From an uncultured Acidimicrobiia bacterium (GTDB lineage Bacteria > Actinomycetota > Acidimicrobiia > IMCC26256 > JAENVU01): a DNA stretch of 64,000 bases. The DNA lies in assembly GCA_963765075.1 (NCBI GenBank), contig CAVXVA010000001.1:66051-130050 (forward strand), read 5' to 3'. Numbering within the stretch: position 1 is the stretch's first letter; each line of letters starts with the position of its first letter. Below the pieces are notes generated by a model that saw only the letters and a program-made list of their open reading frames with translations, had not been told where the DNA came from and searched no databases. Of this stretch, positions 12,183-21,809 are shown piece by piece. Both the position numbers and the translations under genes were made by a program.

Positions 12183-13459
12183 CGTCCGATCACCCGTTCC
12201 CGGCGGGCCGTCAGCCACGCCACTAGATCCGTTCGTGACACTTCTTCTTGCGCACCGGACGCCAGGTCTTTCACCGCGACCGCGTCCCGTGCGAGTTCGT
12301 CGCGACCCACCATGACGGCGACCGCCGCGCCCGATCGGTCCGCGCCTTTCCACTGCGCCTTGACCGACCGACCACCGAACGCTCGGTCCACGGCGAACCC
12401 ATCGGCTCGGAGCGCCTCGACCAGGCCGCCCACCGTGGTTCCACCCTCGGGGCCGAGCCCATCGACGACGAACACCTCGATCCCCCGGCCGACGCTCGGC
12501 ACGCCCAGGGCATCGAGCGCCAGCACGATCCGCTCGAGACCGGACCCGAAACCGATCCCGGGCGTGGGCGGGCCCCCGAACTCCTCGGCGAGGCGGTCGT
12601 ACCGACCGCCACCACCCACTGCGTTCTGGGCGGCGTCGAGCGCATCACTCTGGAACTCGAACGTGGTGCCGGTGTAGTAGTCGAAACCGCGGACGAGCCG
12701 GGGATCGAGTTCGACGTCGATTCCCACCGATGCCAAGCCGGCCTGGACTCGTTCGAACTTGTCGGTGGCGTCGGCACTCAAGAACTCGGGCAGTTGCGGT
12801 GCCGACGCGATGACGTCCTGCCAATCCTCGACCTTGGCGTCGAGCACACGCATCGGATTGGCCTCGACCCGCGCCACGAAGTCGTCACCCAGGGCCGCGC
12901 CGTGTCGGAGGAAGTGGTCGCGGAGGGCGGCGACGAACGGAACCCGTGAGGCAGCGTCGCCCATGGAGTTCAGTAACAGGCGAACATCGGTGAGTCCGAT
13001 CTCTCGGTAGAAACCGTTGAGGAGCGCAATCACCTCGACGTCGATGTCGGGATCGTCGACCCCGAGGGCCTCGACGCCGAGTTGCCAGTGCTGGCGGTAG
13101 CGGCCCTTTTGGGCCCGCTCGTACCGGAAGTTGGGCGCGACGTACCAGACCTTCCAGGGCGGAGTCGGCCGGTGCTGGACGTAGGCGCGCACGACCGACG
13201 CGGTGCCTTCGGGTCGGAGTGCGAGTCGCCGCCCGCCCTTGTCGGTCAGTTCGTACATCTCCTTCGCCACCACGTCGGTGTGTTCGCCGACCCGATGGAA
13301 CACCTCGACGTGTTCGAAGATCGGCGTGATCGCCAGTCCGTAGCCGTAGCGAGCCGCTCGCTCTGCAAAGCACGCGACGATCTCGGCCCACCGCCCCGAT
13401 TCCGGGGGGAGGACGTCGTGGACCCCCTTGGGGGCGCGAAAAACATCGTCTCGGGACAC
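12179..13459 (-). CDS. hisS: Histidine--tRNA ligase
   Basis: 426-aa ORF (GTG start). Class II HisRS motifs are present: KGVHDVLP, LRPEGTASVVRAY, YVAPNFRYERAQKGRYRQHWQLGVE, GGGRYD. Confidence 0.95.
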   Translation of the reverse strand: MSRDDVFRAPKGVHDVLPPESGRWAEIVACFAERAARYGYGLAITPIFEHVEVFHRVGEHTDVVAKEMYELTDKGGRRLALRPEGTASVVRAYVQHRPTPPWKVWYVAPNFRYERAQKGRYRQHWQLGVEALGVDDPDIDVEVIALLNGFYREIGLTDVRLLLNSMGDAASRVPFVAALRDHFLRHGAALGDDFVARVEANPMRVLDAKVEDWQDVIASAPQLPEFLSADATDKFERVQAGLASVGIDVELDPRLVRGFDYYTGTTFEFQSDALDAAQNAVGGGGRYDRLAEEFGGPPTPGIGFGSGLERIVLALDALGVPSVGRGIEVFVVDGLGPEGGTTVGGLVEALRADGFAVDRAFGGRSVKAQWKGADRSGAAVAVMVGRDELARDAVAVKDLASGAQEEVSRTDLVAWLTARRERVIGR

Positions 13460-13544
13460 GAACTGGCGATGCTACCGGCGCGACCCGTGATCCCCCGGTT
13501 TGTTCCGGCTTCCCACTGGCGACCCTACGGGCCGGGCCGCCGGG

Positions 13545-15791
13545 TCAGCCCGAGTGACCGGTGCCGGGGAGCACGCGGGCGGCGGCGAAGACCGAATCGA
13601 CGCGCTTGAGCGCGGCGAGGAGTGACTCGAGGTGGCCGGGCTCGGCCAACTCGAACTCGAACTGGAATCGAGCAACCCGATCCGGAGTGGTCTGGCTCTG
13701 GCAGGAGAGGATGTTCACGTGATGCTCGGCCAGCGTGCTGGCCACGTCGCGGAGCAGCCGTGACCGGTCGAGCGCCTCCACCTCCACGGCCACGACGAAC
13801 GCACCCGACGCGTCGTGATCCCACTCGACCTCGACGAGGCGCTCGCTCTGGCCCACGAGCCCGCTCGCGTTCGCGCAATCGGAGCGGTGGACCGAGACGC
13901 CTCGGCCGCGGGTGATGAACCCGATGATCTCGTCGCCCGGCACCGGCGTGCAGCACCGAGAAAGGCGCACGATCATGTCGTCGAGGCCTTCGGCGTGGAC
14001 CCCCGCGGCGCGCCGCCGGGCGCTGCTACGCGACGGCCGCCGCGCGGTCACCGGCATCTGTTCGACGCCGCCGGAGAGGCGTTGCCTCACTCGTTGCGCG
14101 ACTTGGAGCGCGGTGACGTGATGTTCACCGATGGCGGCATAGAACGTGTCGAGGTCCGCATAGTGCATCTCGGCGGCGATCTCGGCCAGTAATTGCGAAC
14201 CCATGAGCTTCTGCACCGGAAGATCGGCCCGCCGCAGTTCGAGTACCAGATCGTCGCGGCCGCCGTCGATGGCATCGACCCGCCGCGCGCGGGAGAACCG
14301 CTGCCGGATCTTCTCCCGTGCGCGCGGAGTCGTGGCGAACTCCAGCCAGTCCTCGGTGGGCCCCTGGCTCTCGACTTTGCTGGTGACGATCTCGACCGTG
14401 TCACCCGAGGTGAGCAGCGCGTCGAGGGGCACCAACCGACCATTGGACCGGGCGCCGATACACCGGTGACCTACCTCGGTGTGGATCGCGTAGGCGAAGT
14501 CGACCGGGGTCGCGCCCGTGGGCAACGTGATGACCTTCCCCTTGGGCGTGAAGACGAAGACCTCGTCCTGTTCGAGATCGCCCTTCAACGTCTGCATGAA
14601 CTGTTCGGGGTCGTCGGTCTCCTGCTGCCAATCGACGAGCCGCTGCAACCACACGAGGTCGGCCGTGTTGTTCGGGACCGCCGATTCTTTGTAGCCCCAG
14701 TGCGCGGCCACGCCGAACTCCGCCCGCCGATGCATGTCTCGCGTGCGGATCTGCACTTCGACCGGCCGCCCGCTCGGACCCACCACGGTGGTGTGGAGAG
14801 ATTGGTACAGGTTGAACTTGGGCATCGCGATGTAGTCCTTGAACCGCCCCTGCACCGGGCGCCACCACGCGTGGATCGAACCCAGCGCGCCGTAGCAATC
14901 CTTCACCGTCTCGACCACGACCCGGACACCGATGAGGTCCTGCACCTCGTCGAACGCCCTCTCCCGCACGACCATCTTCTCGTAGATCGACCAGAAGTGT
15001 TTCGGGCGGCCGCTCACCTCGGCATCGATGTGCAGCTCCGACAACCGTTCCTCCAACTCGGCCACCACCTGCTGGAGATACTCGTCGCGGGCGGGCGATT
15101 CGGTGGCGACCATCTGCTCGATCTCGGCGTAACGCTTGGGATAGAGCACCGCGAACGCCAGGTCTTCGAGCTGCCATTTGATCTCGCCGATGCCCATGCG
15201 ATGCGCGAGCGGCGCGTAGATGTCCATGGTCTCGTGCGCGATGCGGAGCTGCTTGCCCTCGGGGAGGGACGCGATCGTCCGCATGTTGTGGAGCCGGTCG
15301 GCGAGCTTGATGAGCAGCACGCGGATGTCCTTCGCGATCGCGACGAGCATCTTGCGCATGCTCGCGGCTTGCTGGGCCTCTTTCGACGCGAACTGCAGCC
15401 GGTCCAACTTGGTGACCCCATCGACGATCGCGCCGACCTCGGCACCGAACTCCGCCTCGACGGTTTCTTTCGTGAGCTCGGTGTCTTCGACCGCGTCGTG
15501 CAACAGCGCGGCGGCGATCGTGACGTCGTCCAGGCCGAGATCGGCCAGGATCAGCGCGACGCCCAACGGGTGGACGATGTACGGCTCACCGGATCGGCGG
15601 ACTTGATCCGAGTGCGCCCGGTGGGCCGCGGCATACGCCCGCCTGATCAGGTTGGTATCGGCCTTGCGATGATGTTCGAGAAACGAATTCAGCACCGGGG
15701 CGATCGCGACATCGACCTGCTGGCGACGCCACGGGAGGACCGACCGACGTTCGTTGCGGACCTCAGTCCGGGGCAATTCCGAGAGACTCAC
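13545..15791 (-). CDS. relA: Bifunctional (p)ppGpp synthetase/hydrolase (RelA/SpoT homologue)
   Basis: 748-aa ORF. It has the HD hydrolase domain (GEPYIVHPLGVALILADL, HDAVEDT), synthetase domain (RPKHFWSIYEKM, DLIGVRVVV), TGS domain and C-terminal ACT-like domain. Confidence 0.95.
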   Translation of the reverse strand: MSLSELPRTEVRNERRSVLPWRRQQVDVAIAPVLNSFLEHHRKADTNLIRRAYAAAHRAHSDQVRRSGEPYIVHPLGVALILADLGLDDVTIAAALLHDAVEDTELTKETVEAEFGAEVGAIVDGVTKLDRLQFASKEAQQAASMRKMLVAIAKDIRVLLIKLADRLHNMRTIASLPEGKQLRIAHETMDIYAPLAHRMGIGEIKWQLEDLAFAVLYPKRYAEIEQMVATESPARDEYLQQVVAELEERLSELHIDAEVSGRPKHFWSIYEKMVVRERAFDEVQDLIGVRVVVETVKDCYGALGSIHAWWRPVQGRFKDYIAMPKFNLYQSLHTTVVGPSGRPVEVQIRTRDMHRRAEFGVAAHWGYKESAVPNNTADLVWLQRLVDWQQETDDPEQFMQTLKGDLEQDEVFVFTPKGKVITLPTGATPVDFAYAIHTEVGHRCIGARSNGRLVPLDALLTSGDTVEIVTSKVESQGPTEDWLEFATTPRAREKIRQRFSRARRVDAIDGGRDDLVLELRRADLPVQKLMGSQLLAEIAAEMHYADLDTFYAAIGEHHVTALQVAQRVRQRLSGGVEQMPVTARRPSRSSARRRAAGVHAEGLDDMIVRLSRCCTPVPGDEIIGFITRGRGVSVHRSDCANASGLVGQSERLVEVEWDHDASGAFVVAVEVEALDRSRLLRDVASTLAEHHVNILSCQSQTTPDRVARFQFEFELAEPGHLESLLAALKRVDSVFAAARVLPGTGHSG

Positions 15792-15826
15792 TCGTTCCAG
15801 TCTCCCACGCCGAGGCGCGGGTGCTG

Positions 15827-16948
15827 CTACTTCTTCTTCTTGCCCTTGTTCTGTCGGGCACGCGGCGCGATGACCACGCCGCGGTCACTCACGCTCGGCG
15901 GCCGGCTGGCGACCGGTTCCGATCCCGAATCGTCGGTCGGACCACCCACGGGGATCATCACCGGGTCGCGCTTGGAGCGCTGCGCGCTGCGCTCGGCCAA
16001 GGCCCGATATCGAGGTTCGCGTTCCTTCCACGCCGCCAGGATCGGAGTCGCGACGAACAACGACGAGTACCCGCCGATGATCAACCCGATGAACAAGGCG
16101 AGGCCGAACTCCCGGAGCGCCAAGGCACCCTCGAGCCAGACGCCCACGACGAGCAAGGACGTCACCGGGAGCAGCGCGACGAAGGTGGTGTTCAACGAGC
16201 GCATCAACACTTGGTTGAGCGACTGGTTCGCCATATCGGTGTAGGTGAGACCCTTCACCGTGTTGAGGTGCGGTTCGTTCTCCCGGATCTTGTCGAACAC
16301 CACCACGGTGTCGTACAGGGAGAAGCCGAGAATGGTGAGGAAGGCGATCACGGTGGCCGGTGTGACCTCGATGCCGGTCACGGCATACACCCCGACGGTG
16401 ATCGCGATGTCGTGGATCACCGCGATGATCGCGGCCACGGCCATCTTGAACTCGAAGCGCAACGACAGGTACAGCGCGATCGCGACGAAGAACATCAACA
16501 GCGCGATGAGTGCCTCGCGGCTGACCTTCTCGCCCCAGCTCGGGCCGACCTCCGAAACGCTGACGTTCGCGACCTTGACGTTGCCGTACTTCGCGAGCGC
16601 CTCGGTGACGGCTTGCTCTCGCGCCGATGACGCGGTCACGGTCTCGACCCGGATCCCGCCGGTCCCGAGCAAGACGATCTTCGGTTCCGTCACCCCTTGT
16701 TCGACGAGCAGGGCCCGGATGTCGGCGGTCGACGTGGACTGGCCCTCGGCGACCGTCAGCTGCCACGACGTCCCGCCGGTGAAGTCGAGTCCGAGGTTCA
16801 GCCCATCGCGCAGGACGAAACCGAGGACCGAAACCAAGAGCAGCAGCCCGGAGAACAGCGCCCACCGCCAGCGGCGGTGCAGAAAGTCGTAGGCCGTGTT
16901 CTCGTGGTACAGGTCCTTCAGTGTGTGGCGGGTCCCGTCGGGCTTCAT
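15827..16948 (-). CDS. secF: Protein translocase subunit SecF
   Basis: 373-aa ORF with SecF membrane-domain motifs (LGLDFTGGTSWQL, IHDIAITVGVYA, SLYDTVVVFDKIREN). An ATGA overlap joins it to the secD stop. Confidence 0.95.
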   Translation of the reverse strand: MKPDGTRHTLKDLYHENTAYDFLHRRWRWALFSGLLLLVSVLGFVLRDGLNLGLDFTGGTSWQLTVAEGQSTSTADIRALLVEQGVTEPKIVLLGTGGIRVETVTASSAREQAVTEALAKYGNVKVANVSVSEVGPSWGEKVSREALIALLMFFVAIALYLSLRFEFKMAVAAIIAVIHDIAITVGVYAVTGIEVTPATVIAFLTILGFSLYDTVVVFDKIRENEPHLNTVKGLTYTDMANQSLNQVLMRSLNTTFVALLPVTSLLVVGVWLEGALALREFGLALFIGLIIGGYSSLFVATPILAAWKEREPRYRALAERSAQRSKRDPVMIPVGGPTDDSGSEPVASRPPSVSDRGVVIAPRARQNKGKKKK

Positions 16949-18411
16949 ACCGTTGCCTCCGGCGTGTCGAGTCCGGCCGCCATACCGACCTTCTTCGTCG
17001 CGATCAGCGCCCGACTCCGCGCCATCTGTTGGACCAACGGATGCATGAAGAAGTACGAGATCAGCAGGTCGAGCACCGTCGAGAGACCCAGCAGGAACGC
17101 GAACTGGGCGACGGATCCGACGGCCCGCCAGTAGAGGATCGCCGCCGCGATCAGTGACACGAGGTCGGCGGCGAGGATGGTCCTGAACGAACGTGCGAAG
17201 CCCCGATCCACGGAACTGCGCACCGTCCGTCCGGTCCGGATCTCGTCCTTGAGCCGTTCGAAGTAGACGACGTACGAGTCGACGGTGATACCCACCGAGA
17301 CGATCAGACCGACCACACCGGCGAGGGTCAGCGTGAGCCCGATGCTCTGGCCGAGATAGGTGATCATCGTGTAGATGGCGGCGCCAGCCAGGAACAGACC
17401 GGCGACGACCACCAGGCCGAGGATTCGGTAGAACACGAGCATGTACAGCGCGACCAGCGCGAGGCCGATCGCGCCCGCGAGGAGGCCGGCATCGAGCTGG
17501 TCACGACCGAGGGTCGGCGAGATGCTCGTCGTCGTGAGTTCCTTGAGCTGCACCGGCAGCGAACCGAACTTCAGCACCGTGGCGAGATCCTCGGCATCAC
17601 CTTGACTGAAGTCTCCCGAGATCGACACACCGCTCGGGTACGAGGCCACTTCGAAGGTGGGCGCCGACTGCACGACCCCGTCGAGCACGATCGCCACCGC
17701 ATTCTGCGGGGCCGGCTTCGAGATCGACGCCGCCGCGAGGGCGTCGAACTTCTGGTGGCCGACGTCGTTGAAGTTGACCGAGACCGCCCATTGTCCGGAA
17801 CCGCTGTCGTAGCGAGCCGCGGCGCTGTTGACGGTTCGACCCGTCAAGGCCGTCGGGCCGAGCTGATAGAGCACCTGACCATCGCGGCTCGGAAGGAACA
17901 CCTCGGCGTTGCGCTTGTCCTCGGCGGCGGGGGTCACCGTCGGCAGTTCCGGCGCGACGGTCGTGGTGGTCGTGGTCGGGTCGGCCACCGAGGCGGATGG
18001 CGTCGAAGTTGAAGAGGTTGACGACGTCGAAGAGGTTGACGTTGACGCGGTGGTCTTGGGACCCGGGCCCACTGCGAGGACCGGACGGAACCGCAACTCG
18101 GCGGTCTTGCCGACCAGGCGACGCGCCTTGTCGCGGTCCTTCACTCCCGGGAGGTCGACCACGATCTGATTGCCATCGCGCTTGACCTCGGTCTCGGCCA
18201 CGCCCAGGCCGTTGACTCGATTCCGGATGATGTCGACGACCTTGTCGAGCACCACATTGCCCTTGGCCTTGCCGACCGGTTGGAGCCGGACCTCGATCCC
18301 ACCCTGGAGGTCGAGACCGAGCACCGGCGTGTTCCCACTCGCGAGGGTCGCGAAAAACGTGCCCATGATGAGCACCACCGACGTGATCAAGTACCAGAGA
18401 TTGCGCTTCAC
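16945..18411 (-). CDS. secD: Protein translocase subunit SecD
   Basis: 488-aa ORF (LGLDLQGGIEVRL, GITVDSYVVYFERLKDE). The periplasmic domain carries a Ser/Thr-rich insert (TTASTSTSSTSSTSSTSTPSAS...TTTTTT). Confidence 0.95.
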   Translation of the reverse strand: MKRNLWYLITSVVLIMGTFFATLASGNTPVLGLDLQGGIEVRLQPVGKAKGNVVLDKVVDIIRNRVNGLGVAETEVKRDGNQIVVDLPGVKDRDKARRLVGKTAELRFRPVLAVGPGPKTTASTSTSSTSSTSSTSTPSASVADPTTTTTTVAPELPTVTPAAEDKRNAEVFLPSRDGQVLYQLGPTALTGRTVNSAAARYDSGSGQWAVSVNFNDVGHQKFDALAAASISKPAPQNAVAIVLDGVVQSAPTFEVASYPSGVSISGDFSQGDAEDLATVLKFGSLPVQLKELTTTSISPTLGRDQLDAGLLAGAIGLALVALYMLVFYRILGLVVVAGLFLAGAAIYTMITYLGQSIGLTLTLAGVVGLIVSVGITVDSYVVYFERLKDEIRTGRTVRSSVDRGFARSFRTILAADLVSLIAAAILYWRAVGSVAQFAFLLGLSTVLDLLISYFFMHPLVQQMARSRALIATKKVGMAAGLDTPEATV

Positions 18412-18765
18412 TTAGTCCTCCGCCACCGGGGTGTCGCCCGTGATGGCCTGCTCAGGATCCGCGTGCTCAGGTGCCTCGAGTTCAGGTGCCTCAGGCTCAG
18501 GTGCCGAGTTGGGGGCGTCATCGCGTCGGCGGGCGATCGCCTCGCGCGCCAATGTGAGCACGACACCGGGTGCGACCTCGATCTCCAGGGACTCTTCGGC
18601 CGCGCTGATCACGACGCCGTAGATCCCGCCGGCGGTGATGATCTCGTCGCCGACCTCAATTGCCGCGACCAGCGCACGGCGAGCGGCGAGCTGGCGGCGC
18701 TGGGGCCTCACGATCAGAAAGAAGAACGCGACGGCGAGAAGGAGGAAGTAGACGATGACGATCAT
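18412..18765 (-). CDS. yajC: Preprotein translocase subunit YajC
   Basis: 117-aa ORF with a single TM helix and the YajC core (RPQRRQ...VGDEIITAGGIYGVV). Confidence 0.9.
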   Translation of the reverse strand: MIVIVYFLLLAVAFFFLIVRPQRRQLAARRALVAAIEVGDEIITAGGIYGVVISAAEESLEIEVAPGVVLTLAREAIARRRDDAPNSAPEPEAPELEAPEHADPEQAITGDTPVAED

Positions 18766-18807
18766 GTCGAGCCGGGGACCTTAGTGCCCCGAACCCCAAA
18801 TGACTGA

Positions 18808-19842
18808 TCAATCGGTCGACGGATCGCCGAACAGATTGGGCGCCCCGGGTGGCATCGCGTGTCCGAGATGGGCGAATCCGGCGGCAGTGGCGATCCGACC
18901 TCTCGGTGTGCGCTGTAACAGGCCCTGCTTCAGCAGGAACGGCTCGTAGACGTCTTCGACGGTGTCGGGTTCCTCCCCGACGGCCACGGCCAAGGTCCCC
19001 AGGCCGACCGGTTGGCCGGCGAAGGTCACGCAGAGGGCGTGCAGCACCGCGCGGTCGGTCCGGTCGAGTCCTCGTTCGTCGACCTCGAAGACTTCGAGGG
19101 CCGCCCGGGCGACATCGCCGTCGATGGCGCCGTCGGCCCGCACCTCGGCGTAGTCCCGGACCCGCTTCAGGAGCCGGTTGGCGATTCTCGGTGTGCCCCG
19201 GGCTCGCCCGGCAAGCTCGTGGGCGCCGGCCGCATCCATGGTGACGCCGAGGATGCGGGCGGCCCGCGCGACGATCACCTCGAGATCCTCGGGTTCGTAG
19301 TACTCCAACCGGGCGACGAAGCCGAAGCGGTCTCGGAGCGGCCCGGTGATCAGTCCCGCTCGCGTGGTGGCGCCGACCAACGTGAACCGAGGGAGGTCGA
19401 GCCGAATCGATCGAGCCGAAGGTCCCCGACCGATCACGATGTCGAGTTGGAAGTCCTCCATCGCCGGGTAGAGCACCTCTTCGACCGCACGGGGCAGGCG
19501 GTGAATCTCGTCGACGAAGAGCACATCGCCGTCTTCGAGGTTGGTGAGGATCGCCGCCAGGTCACCGGCGCGTTCGAGGGCCGGCCCGCTGGTGATCCGC
19601 AGGTGCGCCTCCATCTCCGCCGCAACGATCGCGGCCAGCGATGTCTTGCCCGTACCCGGCGGCCCGGCGAACAGCAGATGGTCGACGGCTTGGCCCCGAC
19701 CCCGCGCCGCCTCCAACACGATCTCGAGGTGTTCGGTGAGCCGGGGTTGGCCCACGAACTCCTCGAGTCGACGCGGGCGCAAGGTCGTCTCTTCGGCGGC
19801 CTCGACCGGATCCGCGCTCGGGTGCAACAACTCTTCCCTCAT
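18808..19842 (-). CDS. ruvB: Holliday junction branch-migration helicase RuvB
   Basis: ORF 18808..19935 trimmed to ATG 19842 (GGGGAG upstream). It has [12 protein letters not shown], Walker [12 protein letters not shown], Walker [11 protein letters not shown] and the RuvB C-terminal winged helix. Confidence 0.95.
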   Translation of the reverse strand: MREELLHPSADPVEAAEETTLRPRRLEEFVGQPRLTEHLEIVLEAARGRGQAVDHLLFAGPPGTGKTSLAAIVAAEMEAHLRITSGPALERAGDLAAILTNLEDGDVLFVDEIHRLPRAVEEVLYPAMEDFQLDIVIGRGPSARSIRLDLPRFTLVGATTRAGLITGPLRDRFGFVARLEYYEPEDLEVIVARAARILGVTMDAAGAHELAGRARGTPRIANRLLKRVRDYAEVRADGAIDGDVARAALEVFEVDERGLDRTDRAVLHALCVTFAGQPVGLGTLAVAVGEEPDTVEDVYEPFLLKQGLLQRTPRGRIATAAGFAHLGHAMPPGAPNLFGDPSTD

Positions 19843-19858
19843 GATCTCCCCGACCGGG

Positions 19859-20443
19859 TCACGACGAACCGGCCAACGAACGCAGCGCGTCGCGCAGGAG
19901 ATCTTCGACCGCGCCTTCGGCCGGGAGCAGCGCAATCGCGGCGCGCACTTCGTCGGGCGCGTAGCCGAGTTCGGTGAGCGCCGCCCGCACCTCCGCTCGG
20001 GCCGGCGTCGGTCCGGTCTCCTCGCGGAGGTCCAGGTCCGGCAGATCGAGGCGAGCCTTCAGCTCGATCATCAGTTTCTGGGCCGTGCGCTTCCCGACGC
20101 CGGGAACGGTGCACAGAGCATCGAGATCGTCGTCGGCCACGGCCCGACGCAAGCCGGATGGGGGCAAGGCGGTGAGGATGGCCAACGCCAACTTGGGACC
20201 GACGCCATTTGCGGTGAGCAGGATCTCGAACGTGTCGCGTTCCTCGCGCGTCGGAAACCCGTACAACGTCATCGCGTCTTCCCGAACGTGGAGATGGGTC
20301 ATCAAGAACGCCGGACCGCCGGGCGCGAGGTTCGCCAGTGCGCTGATCGGCACGAGACAGCGATACCCGACGCCTCCGACCTCGATGAGCACCTCCCCGA
20401 GCGGCGTGCGTTCCAGCACCGTGCCGCGAACCGAGCCGATCAT
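19859..20443 (-). CDS. ruvA: Holliday junction DNA-binding subunit RuvA
   Basis: Distal 194 codons of ORF 19859..21316 from ATG 20443. It reads [32 protein letters not shown], and the HhH motifs [11 protein letters not shown] and [12 protein letters not shown] are present. Confidence 0.9.
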   Translation of the reverse strand: MIGSVRGTVLERTPLGEVLIEVGGVGYRCLVPISALANLAPGGPAFLMTHLHVREDAMTLYGFPTREERDTFEILLTANGVGPKLALAILTALPPSGLRRAVADDDLDALCTVPGVGKRTAQKLMIELKARLDLPDLDLREETGPTPARAEVRAALTELGYAPDEVRAAIALLPAEGAVEDLLRDALRSLAGSS

Positions 20444-20992
20444 CGGGCGTCCCTGGCCAACGCGGCGGCAACGGCGCGCTCGTAGCCGCCCGTCGGGGCG
20501 GTGTCGGCGGCATCGGCGCGGCGAATGCATCGGCGCGGCCCATTGGTGGCACAGCGCCAGGGCGAGCGCGTCGGCCGCATCGGGCGGTTGCGGCACTGCG
20601 TCGAGCTTCAGCAGGCGCGTGACCATCAGCTGGACCTGTTCCTTGTCGGCGCCACCGTGGCCGGCCACGGCCAGCTTCACTTCGTTCGGGCTGTACTGGG
20701 TGACGGGGATTCCGGCCCGGGCGGCGGCCACCAACGCGAGGCCGCTGGCTTGACCCACCGAGATCGCGGTACGAGCGTTGTTCTGGAACAGGACCCGCTC
20801 CACCGCGACTGCACGAGGAGAAAGTTCACGCACGAGGTCTTCGAGTTCCCCGGCCAACTCGGCCAGCCGTTGGGGCAGCGGATCCGCGGGGTCGGTGCGG
20901 ATCACGCCATAACTGACCGCCACCGAATCGGCTCCCCGACCGGCGACGGCGCCGTACCCGCAGCGAGAGACTCCCGGGTCGATCCCGAGCAC
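20440..20992 (-). pseudogene. ruvC: Crossover junction endodeoxyribonuclease RuvC; as sequenced its 3' end runs in frame into ruvA (likely indel between about 20443 and 20545)
   Basis: From GTG 20992 it reads VLGIDPGVSRCGYGAV...AVERVLFQNNARTA...ADKEQV...PPDAADALALALCH. After CHQW the as-sequenced frame gives an Arg-rich string and fuses to ruvA. The +1 frame gives ...[30 protein letters not shown], with a canonical ATGA overlap on the ruvA start. Confidence 0.8.
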
Positions 20993-21005
20993 CGGGCCAG
21001 CATCA

Positions 21006-21021
21006 TCGAACACGAGTTCGT
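21006..21021. promoter_or_regulatory. Candidate LexA (SOS) box upstream of ruvC
   Basis: TCGAAC-ACGA-GTTCGT matches the actinobacterial/Gram-positive SOS box TCGAAC-N4-GTTCGA at 11 of 12 positions. It lies in the 49-nt coxG-ruvC spacer, 14 nt upstream of GTG 20992. Confidence 0.5.
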
Positions 21022-21041
21022 ACTCTAGGTGGCGAGGGTCA

Positions 21042-21809
21042 TCAACGCGCGGACCGCCGTCGACGCCAGAGCCACAGCAGGGCGAGTACCACGGCGATCC
21101 CCACGATCGGCACGAGCCGCTTGACGATCGGGCTCCCGCCCATCTCGAGGAGATCGACCGGAACGGCCTCCGGAGCATCGATGGTTCGCACCGTGATCGA
21201 GTCGGTGCCACTCGACCCGTTCGTCGCCGGTGACCCGCCCGGTGCCCGATCGGCCACGGCCGCGCCCGTCTTCCCCGCGGCGGTCTCCCCCACCACCACA
21301 TCTGCGGTGACGCCAACCGCCGCGACCTCGACGACCTCCGCTTCCGCCACCAGGTCGACCGTCGGACCCGACAGCACGTCGCGTTCGAGGTTCTCGACGA
21401 ACTGGTTCAACAACTTGGCCGAGACGTCCGCCATCACACCCCGACCGAACTGGGCGACCTTGCCCGTGATCGAGAGGTCCGTCGCGACCCGCACGTGTGT
21501 GCCCTCGCCGTCGGGCGCCAACGACATCGTGATGGTCGCACTCGCGTTTCCTTGACCGCGGGTATCGCGCCCGGTCCCCACGATGACCGCGGTGTGGGTC
21601 GTGTCGTTGCGCTCGACGAAATGCGCCGAGCCCTTGTACTGGGCGGTGATCGGACCGACCTTCACCTTCACGATGCCCCGATATTCCTCACCCGCGATTT
21701 CTTGCAGTTGCGCGCCGGGCAGGCACGGCGCGATCCGCTCGATGTCGAGCAGCACGCGCCAGGTCTCCTCGACCGGCAGTTCCACGCGGAAGGAATCCTC
21801 GATCTCCAC
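21042..21809 (-). CDS. CoxG-like SRPBCC protein (carbon monoxide dehydrogenase subunit G family) with a C-terminal membrane anchor
   Basis: 255-aa ORF. The N-terminal 145 aa match the CoxG fold signature (FRVELPVEETWRVLLDIERIAPCLPGAQL...GPITAQYKGSAHF...GKVAQFGRGVMADVSAKLLNQF). A low-complexity linker and a TM helix (LVPIVGIAVVLALLWLW) follow. Confidence 0.8.
   Translation of the reverse strand: MEIEDSFRVELPVEETWRVLLDIERIAPCLPGAQLQEIAGEEYRGIVKVKVGPITAQYKGSAHFVERNDTTHTAVIVGTGRDTRGQGNASATITMSLAPDGEGTHVRVATDLSITGKVAQFGRGVMADVSAKLLNQFVENLERDVLSGPTVDLVAEAEVVEVAAVGVTADVVVGETAAGKTGAAVADRAPGGSPATNGSSGTDSITVRTIDAPEAVPVDLLEMGGSPIVKRLVPIVGIAVVLALLWLWRRRRSAR

Noticed and set aside
10431-12353. Long N-terminal extensions in the ORF track: aspS 640 aa, response regulator 359 aa, yggS 531 aa, DUF3048 598 aa, coxM 337 aa, rluD 465 aa, DUF4388 409 aa and dksA-like 342 aa
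   Set aside because: The extensions are Arg/Gly-rich, overlap the upstream gene, and precede internal starts that have SD sequences or ATGA/GTGA coupling and match the family N-termini. I trimmed them.
20993-21316. Upstream 108 codons of the 485-aa ORF 19859..21316, which would extend ruvC over the end of coxG
   Set aside because: They overlap the well-supported CoxG-like C-terminus in another frame, have no RuvC homology, and the LexA-like box and family-typical VLGIDPG start lie downstream.
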